Source: an uncultured Gammaproteobacteria bacterium (lineage in GTDB: Bacteria; Patescibacteriota; Patescibacteriia; Patescibacteriales; GWC2-42-12). Taken from it: a stretch of DNA of 20,886 bases. The stretch is from the NCBI GenBank assembly GCA_964553705.1, contig CAZKKV010000016.1, forward strand, positions 1 to 20,886. Reading direction: 5' to 3'. Below the pieces are notes generated by a model. The model worked only from the letters and a program-made list of their open reading frames with translations. It did no database searches and was not told where the DNA came from. Position numbers and translations under genes: made by a program. The first letter of the stretch is position 1. The number at the start of each line of letters is the position of its first letter. Shown one piece after another: positions 1 through 8,374 of this stretch.

Positions 1-26
1 CTCGTTCAAGCTAAACATAAACCAAT

Positions 27-254
27 TTATTTTTTATTATTAGTAAAAGGCAAGAGTGCCATAATTCTAGAGCGTTTTATAGCAGTGGCTAATTTTCGCT
101 GATGCTTGGAACAAGTGCCGGTTCTTTTTTTCGGCAAAATCTTGAAATAAGAGTTGATAAAACGACGCAAAGTCTGCGTGTCTTTATAATCAATCTCTTT
201 AACGTTATTAACGCAAAAATAGCATTGCTTTTCTTTTTTAAGACTATTGTCCAT
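27..254 (-). CDS. rpsR: 30S ribosomal protein S18
   Basis: 75 aa; CYFC...IDYKD...LRRF...TG.C.KHQRKL..AIKRSR..ALLP motifs typical of S18; last gene of minus-strand rpsF-ssb-rpsR cluster; TAA stop. Confidence 0.9.
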   Translation of the reverse strand: MDNSLKKEKQCYFCVNNVKEIDYKDTQTLRRFINSYFKILPKKRTGTCSKHQRKLATAIKRSRIMALLPFTNNKK

Positions 255-327
255 ACTAAAAAATTTAATTATTCAGCACAATAAAAAATTGCAGATAATC
301 AATTGCGCAAATTATTTATAAATATTA

Positions 328-807
328 TTAGAAAGGTATATTTTCAACTTTTATTTCATCTTCCTCGGGATTTATCTCGCCAGTGCTTGCACCAACCGGA
401 TCTTCAACACCGATAACTGGTTCACTTGGTACAGATGGTTGTTCGGTCGGCATACTCGGAGCCGATGACGGCGCTGAACCTGCTCGATCAAGCATAATCA
501 TGTTGTCAGCCACAATTTCAGTACGATAACGTCTCACTCCGTCTTGTCCAGTCCAATCTCTTGTTTGTAAACGCCCTTCAATGTAAACTTTGGAACCTTT
601 TCTAAGATACTGCCCACAAATGTCAGCTAATCTTCTCCAAGCAACAACATTGTGAAACTCAACTTTTTCTTGCCTCTGACCACTTTGATCTGTCCAGATT
701 AAATTCGTGGCCACTGAGAAAGAAGCGACCGATTGTCCAGAAGGAGTACTTTTTACCTCTGGATCCCTGGTCAAATTACCGATAATCATCGCTTTGTTTA
801 AATTCAT
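328..807 (-). CDS. ssb: single-stranded DNA-binding protein
   Basis: 159 aa; N-terminal OB fold ([11 protein letters not shown]...[11 protein letters not shown]...[11 protein letters not shown]), Gly/Pro/Ser-rich linker, acidic C-terminal tail ending ...[12 protein letters not shown] (DDDIPF-like); between rpsF and rpsR. Confidence 0.9.
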   Translation of the reverse strand: MNLNKAMIIGNLTRDPEVKSTPSGQSVASFSVATNLIWTDQSGQRQEKVEFHNVVAWRRLADICGQYLRKGSKVYIEGRLQTRDWTGQDGVRRYRTEIVADNMIMLDRAGSAPSSAPSMPTEQPSVPSEPVIGVEDPVGASTGEINPEEDEIKVENIPF

Positions 808-865
808 AATTTTTCTTATTCGCCGAAGTTAAAAAACAAAACGACGAATATGTTATGGTTTAAAT

Positions 866-1351
866 TTATAATAAATCATCAGTATCTAAAATCTTATCTA
901 GTTTTTCATCTAAATCTTTCAAATCCACCTTCTCTTTGTCTTCTGTTTTGGCTTTTTCTTCTTCTTTTTCCGTTTTGATTTTTGTTTTGGCGACAATTTT
1001 AGCGGTAAACTCTTTTTCTTTGGCTATTTCTTCTTCAGAAAAAACCCGCTTTCTAACAATTTGTTGCCTTAAAATCTCGTTCATCATTCTGAATAAGCGA
1101 TCAATTTTTTTTACTTTATCTTTATCTATATCAAATTCAATCAAACTATAATAGCCATGGCGAAATTTTTTTACCAAATAAGCTAACTTCTTTTTACCCC
1201 AATCTTCTTCATGGGTTATTTTTCCACCCTCATCTGTTATGACTTTATTAATCTGCTCTTTAATTGGCGCCAATTCGTCTTCACTGTATTTATTGGAAAT
1301 CAAATAAAGCATTTCATAATGAGCCACATCTGATATTTTCTCTTCGTTCAT
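866..1351 (-). CDS. rpsF: 30S ribosomal protein S6 with extended acidic/lysine-rich C-terminal tail
   Basis: 161 aa; S6-like N-terminal ~100 aa (YEMLYLISNKYSEDEL...GGKITHEEDWGKKKLAYLV...YYSLIEFDID); first gene of classic rpsF-ssb-rpsR order. Confidence 0.85.
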   Translation of the reverse strand: MNEEKISDVAHYEMLYLISNKYSEDELAPIKEQINKVITDEGGKITHEEDWGKKKLAYLVKKFRHGYYSLIEFDIDKDKVKKIDRLFRMMNEILRQQIVRKRVFSEEEIAKEKEFTAKIVAKTKIKTEKEEEKAKTEDKEKVDLKDLDEKLDKILDTDDLL

Positions 1352-1384
1352 AAATTTTTTGATATTTTATTGATTATTTAACAA

Positions 1385-1425
1385 AAAACCCAGATATTCT
1401 CAACTGCTATGAACAGTTTACTGGG
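1385..1425 (-). promoter_or_regulatory. structured leader immediately upstream of rpsF: hairpin CCCAG...CUGGG (inner AACUG/CAGUU) followed on the minus strand by UUUUUUGUU; possible attenuator or S6:S18 autoregulatory leader
   Basis: inverted repeat cccag(1388-1392)/ctggg(1421-1425) with an A-run on the plus strand upstream (U-run in minus-strand RNA); a second CCCC..GGGG hairpin at about 1436-1455; no upstream minus-strand gene for it to terminate. Confidence 0.3.
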
Positions 1426-1528
1426 TGAGAATACCTTCCCCACTGTTGGCGGGGTAGTTCCGAAAATTCGAAACATTGGAAAGGTTGATATTTAATTTCA
1501 ATAACACATTATCACGAATCATCAGAAA

Positions 1529-2770
1529 TTGCAAGCACCCATATGTTGTGCTAAAGTTAAAGCAAATATATTAAAATCCTATATGAACAAACTATTTTTT
1601 AACCTTGGTAATCACCCGTCCCTGTCAGTCGCCGAATTATTAAGTGTTTTTCCAGAAAATAAAACTGGTAGCATTTTATCTCGTGAAATTTTTTTGATTG
1701 ATTTACCAAAAGAAATTAATGCTGAAGAATTAATTAAAAAACTGGGCGGGACTATCAAAATTGGCCTAATAAAAGAAAAATTGACTGATTTGAGTTTTGC
1801 TAAAATCTTGGCAGAGTCAATAAAAATCATTGATGATAAAAAAGTTGATACCAAATATCATTTTGGCATCTCTGTTTATGGCCACTTAAAAATCAATACA
1901 AAAAAACTTGGCATGGAAATAAAAAGACATCTGAAGGAAAAAAAGAAAAGCTGCCGCTGGGTGAGTGGGAAAGAAGATGTCTTGTCTAGTGTGATTGTTG
2001 AGCAAAATAAATTAATCCGAAGCGGAGTAGAAATAGTTTTTTTCAAAGATAGTCAAACAAATGAATTCTATATCGGACAGACTCTGGCTGTTCAACCATT
2101 CAAAGAATTATCTTATCGCGACTATGGTAGACCGACTCGTGATGACTATTCTGGTATGTTGCCGCCCAAACTAGCACAAATCATAATCAATTTAGCACAA
2201 GCCGACAAAAACGAAACTCTGCTTGACCCATTCTGCGGATCAGGCACTGTACTGGCCGAAGCCGCGTTGATGGGCTATAAAAATTTAATCGGCTCCGACA
2301 TTTCAAAAAAGGCTACAAACGATACTCAAGTAAATTTGAACTGGTTACAAAAAAAATTTAAATTAAGTAATTTTAATTTACAATTATATACTCTTGATGC
2401 TGTCAATCTTTTGGCAAAAATAAAAACCAATTCAATAGGCGCTATTATTACTGAAACATATTTAGGACCATAACGAGGAAAAATTGATGTCAAAAAAACT
2501 GTTCTTGAATTGGAACAGCTCTATACGAAAAGTTTTGCTGAATTTAAAAAAGTTTTAAAACCAAATAAACGCGTTGTGATTATTTTACCGATTTTTTACA
2601 TCAACAAAAAGCTAAATTTTCTCAAACCAAATTTCAGCAACTTTAAAATAGTAAATCCTCTACCAGAATACCTACAAAAAAACAACCTCTTACAGCTCGC
2701 TCCTAGACAAACAATGATTTACAAAAGAGAGGGACAAAAAGTCTGGCGAGAGATTGTGATTTTGAAATAA
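1529..2770 (+). pseudogene. SAM-dependent methyltransferase (UPF0020/THUMP-associated-like, motif I LLDPFCGSGT) split by a single in-frame TAA at 2471-2473; the 314-aa and 86-aa ORFs are in the same frame 12 codons apart
   Basis: ORF 1529-2473 and ORF 2510-2770 share a frame (36 nt between them); the sequence reads ...ETYLGP*RGKIDVKKTVLELEQLYTKSF...; DPFCGSGT is the Gly-rich SAM motif of the N6-adenine/RNA methylase family; the annotated start is probably the internal Met (MNKLFFNLG...). Confidence 0.6.
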
Positions 2771-2790
2771 CTTCCTTACAAAAAAAATGT

Positions 2791-2816
2791 CCCTCGGAGA
2801 ACTTCTTCTCCGAGGG
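2791..2816 (-). terminator. perfect hairpin CCCTCGGAGAA-CTTC-TTCTCCGAGGG; the T-run lies on the minus-strand side (plus 2781-2790 A-run), so it is an intrinsic terminator for a minus-strand transcript (the GC-rich RNA upstream)
   Basis: 11-bp perfect stem read directly; in the minus orientation it is followed by ACAUUUUUUUU. Confidence 0.5.
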
Positions 2817-2881
2817 ATTAAAGAAATAAATTTGTCGGATTTATCTATGATTTTTAAAAAGTAATTTTTGACTAAACGAAT

Positions 2882-2910
2882 CCGGTGGGGTACCACCGGT
2901 TATTTTTTTT
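2882..2910 (+). terminator. rho-independent terminator CCGGTGG-GGTA-CCACCGG followed by TTATTTTTTTT; ends the methyltransferase transcript
   Basis: 7-bp GC stem plus 8 T residues on the plus strand. Confidence 0.6.
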
Positions 2911-2938
2911 CATCATCCCCTCCTTTTTTGGGATGAAT

Positions 2939-3395
2939 GGTAGCGAAAGAGAGAAAAATGTATTATAATCGCTCTCTTTCGCCGCCGGCGCCGGATCAGT
3001 CCCTGGACATATTATTCTTCGTAAAGAAACTAATTGTTGCACTTTTCGTCATCACAAGCATAGACCGTTCTCCTTTCGCTTATTTTTTGTGCCTTGCTCC
3101 GCGGATTTTCCCTCCACGCGGAACAAAAACAATGAAAGAATAATTGTGTGGTGGGCGGGGGAAAGAATGACGTCATCCTTTCCCCCGCCTTGCTGTCCCC
3201 CCCCTAAGTTTCCGCAGTAATCACCGGAACGACCGAGGCAGGAAACCAACCCAGAGGATGGAGCGGGGATTCGAAGTGAGCCAGCACTCCGAACCAAGAG
3301 GGAAGCTCAGAAACCGCTTGGAATCCCGGCTTCCTCCTCGGGAACACCTCAGCAACCGAATTATATACTTCTTTTTTGAAAAATGAGGCTACCGA
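2939..3395 (-). ncRNA. rnpB: probable RNase P RNA (bacterial type A-like) in a sharply GC-rich ~450-nt island; ends approximate
   Basis: minus-strand RNA contains GAGGAGGAAGCCGGGAUUCC (compare CR-I GAGGAAAGUCCGGGCUCC), an exact CGGAGCAAGGC 11-mer followed by A-rich AAUAAG (compare E. coli M1 CGGAGCAAGGCCAAAUAGGGG), AGGGAAAAUCCGCGG (compare AGGGUGAAAGGGUGCGG) and GUCCAGGGACUGAUCCGGCG near the 3' end (compare GUCCACGACAGAACCCGGCU); the order and spacing of these blocks matches RNase P; candidate P1 is GGUAGC(3393-3388)/GCUACC(2944-2939); two stems have a G·U wobble on the minus strand but A·C on the plus strand. Confidence 0.5.
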
Positions 3396-3429
3396 GCACA
3401 ATCAAAAATTAAAATAAAAAGAACATTTT

Positions 3430-3458
3430 AATTTAACAAATTATCAGGATATTGTCAA
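3430..3458 (-). promoter_or_regulatory. sigma70-like promoter TTGACA-17-TAAATT on the minus strand, predicted start about 3422, driving the GC-rich RNA
   Basis: revcomp of 3453-3458 = TTGACA; 17-nt spacer; revcomp of 3430-3435 = TAAATT. Confidence 0.45.
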
Positions 3459-3509
3459 GAGTTTCTCTGTTATCTTTCTTTTTTTCTACTAATATTAAAC
3501 AAAATTTTT

Positions 3510-3800
3510 TCACAATGTTCTGATATTTACGCCAAATCCTCTGTGCTTTGTAAAACACCTGCTAGCTTTGGATGTTCTTGCAATTCTTTCTTCCATTCTT
3601 TTTCTTTTGTTATTGCCTTTTCTCTCTCTTACCTTCTCTCTTCGTTGTTGCTGTTCTATTTCTAAAATTCTTGCTAGTTTTTTCCACTCATCATCTTCAC
3701 TAATCTTGGTTAACACCGCGACAGCTGTTTCGTTAAAAAAATTCAACAACACTCTCCCAGTATCTCCCAAAATCACAATAACTTTTTTCCCAGATAGCAT
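3510..3800 (-). CDS. hypothetical small basic protein (96 aa)
   Basis: ORF with AAGGAGGGGG RBS 4-5 nt upstream of ATG; N-terminus MLSGKKVIVILGDTG, very basic C-terminus (RREKVRERKGNNKRKRMEER); TGA stop; follows ychF on the same strand. Confidence 0.5.
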   Translation of the reverse strand: MLSGKKVIVILGDTGRVLLNFFNETAVAVLTKISEDDEWKKLARILEIEQQQRREKVRERKGNNKRKRMEERIARTSKASRCFTKHRGFGVNIRTL

Positions 3801-3896
3801 AGCCCCCTCCTTGACTTGGTAATGTGCTAAGTATTTATAATTAAAATTTAATAGATACTATCGCTTCTTTCAGCCACTCCAGAATGACAATAGTTT

Positions 3897-4979
3897 TTAA
3901 TTAAAAAGAAAATTACATATATCTCCGTCTTGCATAATATAGTCTTTACCTTCAGTGCGGATAAAACCTTTTTCTCTGGCTTGTGTCTCACCGCCAGCTT
4001 CAATAAATTTTTGCCAATTTATAACTTCTGCCCGAATAAAACCTTTTTCAAAATCAGTATGTATCACACCAGCTGCTTGCGGTGCCTTACTATCCCTTTT
4101 GACTGTCCAAGCTTTTGTCTCGTCGGGTCCGGTAGTAAAAAAAGTTAGCAAACCCAAAGTTTCATAAGCCAGATTGATTAGTTTGTCCAAACCGCTCTCT
4201 GGCAAACCCAACTCTTTTATATATTCTGCCTGCTCTTCGTCTGGCAAGGAAGCAATGTCAGCTTCTTGCTGGGCATTTAATTTTAAAACTCGTCCATTCC
4301 ACTTCACTTCAGCTGATTCAGACCCGCCTAGACTCGACAAGGCTGGTTTGTCATTAATATTTAAAATATAAATAATTGGTTTAGCTGTCAACAAACTCAA
4401 ATCCTTGATAATAAATTTTTCATCCTCGCTTAACCCCATGTTACGAACTGCCTGACCTTTTTCCAGATTAATTTTTATCCGCTGTAAAACGTCTTGTAAT
4501 TTTATCGCTTCTTTACTGCCTCCTTTGGCTTCTTTTACTACTTTTGCCAGTCGCTTTTCCGCAGTCGCCAAATCAGCAAAGATTAATTCCAAATTTATAG
4601 TCTCCTTATCACCCTCGGCATCAATTTTTCCATTAACATGGATGATGTTAGTATCCTCAAAATCTCTAACCACTTCACATATAGCGTCGCACTCGCGGAT
4701 ATGTGCCAAAAACTGATTACCCAAGCCCTCGCCCTTGTGCGCACCAGCTACCAAACCAGCAATATCAACAAACTCAATTACTGTCGGGATAATCTGTTTT
4801 GGTTTGGAAATTTCAGCCAATTTTTGTAATCGCTCGTCAGGTACCTTAACCACGCCAACATTTGGATCAATGGTGCAAAAAGGATAATTCGACGCTTCGG
4901 CGCCTTTTTTGGTTAAAGCATTAAAAAGTGTTGATTTGCCGACATTTGGCAAACCGACTATGCCAATAGATAAAGCCAT
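3897..4979 (-). CDS. ychF: ribosome-binding ATPase YchF (Obg-family GTPase/ATPase with C-terminal TGS domain)
   Basis: 360 aa; G1 motif [18 protein letters not shown], NxxD-type G4, C-terminal TGS-like GFIRAEVI...[14 protein letters not shown]. Confidence 0.95.
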   Translation of the reverse strand: MALSIGIVGLPNVGKSTLFNALTKKGAEASNYPFCTIDPNVGVVKVPDERLQKLAEISKPKQIIPTVIEFVDIAGLVAGAHKGEGLGNQFLAHIRECDAICEVVRDFEDTNIIHVNGKIDAEGDKETINLELIFADLATAEKRLAKVVKEAKGGSKEAIKLQDVLQRIKINLEKGQAVRNMGLSEDEKFIIKDLSLLTAKPIIYILNINDKPALSSLGGSESAEVKWNGRVLKLNAQQEADIASLPDEEQAEYIKELGLPESGLDKLINLAYETLGLLTFFTTGPDETKAWTVKRDSKAPQAAGVIHTDFEKGFIRAEVINWQKFIEAGGETQAREKGFIRTEGKDYIMQDGDICNFLFN

Positions 4980-5312
4980 GAGGACAAGTTAAAAGTTTAT
5001 AAAGTCAGAAAGTCGAAAGTCATTGAGCTAAGTATAGTTTGAATTTAGCAGATTATCATAATAATTTCAAACATTGCCCATATCCCAATTCTATTGTTAT
5101 AATAGAAATATAAGCATTTTAGCTAAAATCATTGATTTTATCTCCACAATACAAAGCTTTCTGACTAGAAATAATCAATATTATTTAAGCTAATTTTAAA
5201 TAAAAAAACAACAAGTTCCCTTCCAAGGCGGGCAGGCGCATATAACTTGTTGTACGAAATAAATTTAATTTACTTTCCTTATCAGGGTTTTTTAAAATTT
5301 TTTTATAAAGAA

Positions 5313-5345
5313 AAAGGGTAGTAGCAAAATTTACCACTACCTTTA
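5313..5345 (-). terminator. imperfect hairpin AAAGGUAGUGG...CUACUACCCUUU followed by U-rich tract on the minus strand; terminator of the small 5371-5592 gene
   Basis: inverted repeat aaagggtagtag / ccactaccttt; minus-strand downstream sequence UUCUUUAUAAAAAAAUUUU. Confidence 0.4.
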
Positions 5346-5370
5346 AGTACACTCCGCACTGCTTCGTAAT

Positions 5371-5592
5371 TCAAGCAAAATCCTCAATAAATTTTTTCAT
5401 CTGATCTTTAGTAGTCAGACTGTGATTCATCATCAAGATTATTCCCAGCGCGATTGCTGGATGACAGCAGGCTTCAGGATGCTTTTTTAAATCTGAATTC
5501 ATTGACATAAATGCATTTTTGAGGTCTCCACTTTCTAAATACTCAAGTGCTCTCTTCTTACACTATTCTAAATGTTCATCACGTGACACCAT
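5371..5592 (-). pseudogene. small protein gene (about 72 codons) with strong RBS, interrupted by an in-frame TAG after codon 9 (MVSRDEHLE*CKKRALEYLESGDLKNAFMSMNSDLKKHPEACCHPAIALGIILMMNHSLTTKDQMKKFIEDFA*)
   Basis: AAGGAGGA 4 nt upstream of ATG(5592-5590); TAG is revcomp of 5563-5565; the frame stays open to TGA (revcomp of 5371-5373); not in the ORF track because the break leaves pieces under 60 aa. Confidence 0.4.
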
Positions 5593-5670
5593 GTTGTCCT
5601 CCTTGTTTAATAAATGATTTAAAAACAAACTTTTATTGACTTTGTATTATACATTTTTTAGCATAAATGT

Positions 5671-5708
5671 CAATAAAATAAAACCCCCTAAGTTATATAC
5701 TTAGGGGG
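5671..5708 (-). terminator. intrinsic terminator CCCCCUAAGU-AUAU-AACUUAGGGGG followed by UUUUAUUUUAUUG (minus strand), located between a structured leader and the small gene start
   Basis: perfect 10-bp stem at 5684-5708; U-run in the minus orientation (plus 5671-5683 A-rich). Confidence 0.55.
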
Positions 5709-5709
5709 A

Positions 5710-5890
5710 TGTTTTGAGGTTACGTTAGATACTGGCCAGTGGAGCCATGGATGCTGTGGAAACATCTAAGGATCGTAACGCAACCCCTTTGGTTGTTTTT
5801 TGACTAGCGATCCCTTATCATAAAACAGGCTTAAGTAAACGCTGAAATCAGCGCGGCGTTATTGCCAGGAATCGCTAGCCGAATTTTTAC
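5710..5890 (-). promoter_or_regulatory. structured RNA leader (riboswitch/attenuator-like, class unknown): 13-bp long-range stem GGCUAGCGAUUCC/GGGAUCGCUAGUC enclosing small hairpins, then a second domain closed by GGUU..UUACG..UUAGAU/AUCUAA-CGUAA-CC containing palindromes ACUGGCCAGU and CCAUGG, then the 5684-5708 terminator
   Basis: inverted repeats read directly; the 13-bp stem has two G·U pairs on the minus strand that are A·C mismatches on the plus strand; the arrangement leader-terminator-RBS-gene is typical of cis-regulatory RNAs. Confidence 0.35.
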
Positions 5891-6061
5891 AAAGAACTAT
5901 TGCGTCGACGAAACTGGACAGGACGGAAAGGACGGAGATTCTATCAGAATAAAACCTATCCAGTTTCGCCACCAACGCATCAAAGAATATTATGAAGACA
6001 TCTTATCATTTATTTTATTTTTGTCAATAGACAATAAACAGACCTAAAAAATCTGTTTTTT

Positions 6062-6856
6062 TTATTCTGCTAAACAATCACTAATCATCTCTTTTGGAAA
6101 ATCGTAAGATTCAACCGAAGCACAGGTATAACTGCCGTTGCCATCATAGGCTAATTCATATTGACCATCAACCATAACCGCTAAAAAGACAGCGCTATTA
6201 CCAGTACCTTCTGGAAAAAACCAAGCTTCGCCCTTGAGATGCTTTGCCTGATCATTTGTTATTTTAATTCTGATATCTTCTTCCATTAAATCATATTTGG
6301 CAACAAACAATTTTTTCAATTCAATCATTGCTGGGTTATCATTGCCGACCGCTGGCGGATTCTCAGCTATTAAAGTGAATTTTTTTACATCAATTATTTC
6401 ATTCACATAGGTAAACAGTACGCTAGCGCGATAGGCATTGTGTCCGTCTTCATAATTTACAATCGCCCGTGTCGGTTCTTCTAATTTTAAATCAACCACG
6501 TAAAACTTTCCGCCCAAAACTTCTGGCCTGGGTGATAATTCAGACAAATGATCTTTCAGATAATTTTTTAAAGCATCTTCAGCAGTACAGGCCTCTTCCC
6601 ATGTGCGCAGACATTTTTGCTTGGCTTCACACCAGCTATAGCCAGCTGGTCCAAGACAGCCATGTTCGTCTTTTTGCCCGCCGATTAGCATATCGTCATC
6701 CGACTTTTCAGTCGCCTGCTCTTTGGTTGAATCTAAACCGATTATTTTTTCACCCCAATGCTTATAATCAACAATACCGCGTAAAACAAAGGCTACTCCA
6801 GCCACCAAAACTAAGGCTAAAATGATTGACAAGACAACTGAACTTGTTTTATTCAT
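6062..6856 (-). CDS. hypothetical membrane-anchored (N-terminal TM/signal anchor) exported protein with Cys-rich segment
   Basis: 264 aa; N-terminal hydrophobic helix SSVVLSIILALVLVAGVAFVL; HGCLGPAGYSWCEAKQKCLRTWEEAC; no family recognised; TAA stop. Confidence 0.7.
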   Translation of the reverse strand: MNKTSSVVLSIILALVLVAGVAFVLRGIVDYKHWGEKIIGLDSTKEQATEKSDDDMLIGGQKDEHGCLGPAGYSWCEAKQKCLRTWEEACTAEDALKNYLKDHLSELSPRPEVLGGKFYVVDLKLEEPTRAIVNYEDGHNAYRASVLFTYVNEIIDVKKFTLIAENPPAVGNDNPAMIELKKLFVAKYDLMEEDIRIKITNDQAKHLKGEAWFFPEGTGNSAVFLAVMVDGQYELAYDGNGSYTCASVESYDFPKEMISDCLAE

Positions 6857-6971
6857 ATATTTTGTTTAGTTATTAGTCTCTCTTAATTATAGCTGAAAAT
6901 AATAAATAGTAAAGAAACAAAAACAAGCGCTTCAAAACGCCTGTTTTTTTAAAAAAAGTTAAAATACTGCC

Positions 6972-8300
6972 TTAAACTCTCAGCAATCTCATCTCTTTTC
7001 TCAACATAAAATATGTAATAATCGCGGCTGAAAAATCAGCTATCGGGAAAGCCAACCAAACTCCGTTTAATTTAAAAAATAACGGCAAAACCAAGACCAA
7101 AGGCACAAGCAAAATAATTGGTCTTAAAATAGATATAAAAAGAGCTGGTCGGGCCTTGCCTATGGATTGATACAGCCCACCGGCAATAACCTGAAAACCA
7201 ATCAAGGGCAACATCAAAACTACCAATCTGGTTGCTTTGACAGCTAGAGGAATCAATTCTCCATCATTAGTAAATATTTTGATAATCCAGCTTGAGCCAA
7301 ACATCAAAATCAAAAAAGAAGTTGAAGCGATAATCGTTGCTACTTTTATAGAAAGAAAAGTTGCTTGCCTTACTCTCTCATATTTTTTAGCGCCATAATT
7401 AAAACCGATTATCGGCTGAGCACCCTGGATTATGCCGAATAGAGGCATAATAGTAAACATCAAAGCTCGATTGACTATACCAAAAGCAGCAATCGCCAAA
7501 CTACCGCCATAAAAAGCCAGAGAATTATTGACCACCATGGCAAAAACAGAACCAGACGCCTGCCGAGCAAAAGAAGATGAACCAATCTTGAATATCTCTT
7601 TGGTTATCGGCAAATCAAATTTTATATTTTTTAATCTAACTTTGAGCGAACTTCGTCCACAGAAAAAATAAAAAAATACTATACAGACAGAAACCATATA
7701 GGAGAATACCGTTGCCAAGGCTGCTCCTTTGACACCCCAGTGAAAAACAAAAATAAAAATTGGATCCAAAATTAAATTGAGTATAATGCCGCTCACCATC
7801 ACTATCATAGCGGTTTTAGCCTTGCCTTCTGCTCTAATAACATTATTACTAGCCATCGCCATGGCTGAAAAAAAAGACCCCCCAAACATAATCTTCATAT
7901 AATCAGAAGCAAAGGGAATAATTTCGTTGGTAGCGCCAAAAATTTTTAAAAGTGGGTTAAGAAAAATAACACCAAGAGAGGTCAAAAATGCGCTAGACAA
8001 AAACACCAAAAAAAACATACTACCCAAAGTTTTTTCAGCTTTTTGGGTATCACCCGCCCCTAGACTTCGAGATATTATTGACGATGCGCCAACACCCATA
8101 ACCATACCGGCAGCGGCAATCAGCATTTGAATCGGCAAGGCGACAGAAACGCCCGCCAATGCCCAAGTACCGACACCCCGTGCGACAAAAATCGTATCAG
8201 CCAAATTATAAACACTTATCGCCAACATACCAATAATCGCTGGTGCTGACAGATTTAACAATAATTTTCCAATTTTTTCGTGGCCTAATTTTTCAGTCAT
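6972..8300 (-). CDS. MATE family multidrug/efflux transporter
   Basis: 442 aa; 12 predicted TM helices; MATE-like loop motif GIIQGAQPIIGFNYGAKKYERV. Confidence 0.9.
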   Translation of the reverse strand: MTEKLGHEKIGKLLLNLSAPAIIGMLAISVYNLADTIFVARGVGTWALAGVSVALPIQMLIAAAGMVMGVGASSIISRSLGAGDTQKAEKTLGSMFFLVFLSSAFLTSLGVIFLNPLLKIFGATNEIIPFASDYMKIMFGGSFFSAMAMASNNVIRAEGKAKTAMIVMVSGIILNLILDPIFIFVFHWGVKGAALATVFSYMVSVCIVFFYFFCGRSSLKVRLKNIKFDLPITKEIFKIGSSSFARQASGSVFAMVVNNSLAFYGGSLAIAAFGIVNRALMFTIMPLFGIIQGAQPIIGFNYGAKKYERVRQATFLSIKVATIIASTSFLILMFGSSWIIKIFTNDGELIPLAVKATRLVVLMLPLIGFQVIAGGLYQSIGKARPALFISILRPIILLVPLVLVLPLFFKLNGVWLAFPIADFSAAIITYFMLRKEMRLLRV

Positions 8301-8310
8301 AAAAAATATC

Positions 8311-8328
8311 GGGTAAACCCGAATAAAA
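8311..8328 (-). terminator. short hairpin TCGGGT-AA-ACCCGA flanked by an A-run (plus) and U-run (minus); terminator after the XRE gene
   Basis: inverted repeat read directly; revcomp is followed by UAUUUUUU. Confidence 0.4.
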
Positions 8329-8374
8329 ATATTTATTTGTTTAGTATATATTAATAATGATAAAATGTAAAAGT

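Noticed and set aside
2937-3401. ORFs 2937-3143(+), 3052-3297(-), 3204-3401(-) inside the GC-rich island
   Set aside because: Low-complexity translations (GGGQQGGGKDD...) within a palindrome-dense, GC-rich segment that is better explained as a structured RNA.
5862-6047. 61-aa plus-strand ORF
   Set aside because: It overlaps a 14-bp hairpin and structured leader sequences, has no RBS and an unremarkable composition.
102-8130. Remaining short six-frame ORFs antisense to or nested within rpsR, rpsF, the methyltransferase, ychF, the 6062-6856 protein and MATE (102-284, 936-1151, 1612-1854, 2690-2896, 3568-3822, 3930-4829 set, 6469-6825, 7927-8130)
   Set aside because: They lie antisense to, or nested within, confidently assigned genes and have low-complexity or hydrophobic-junk translations.
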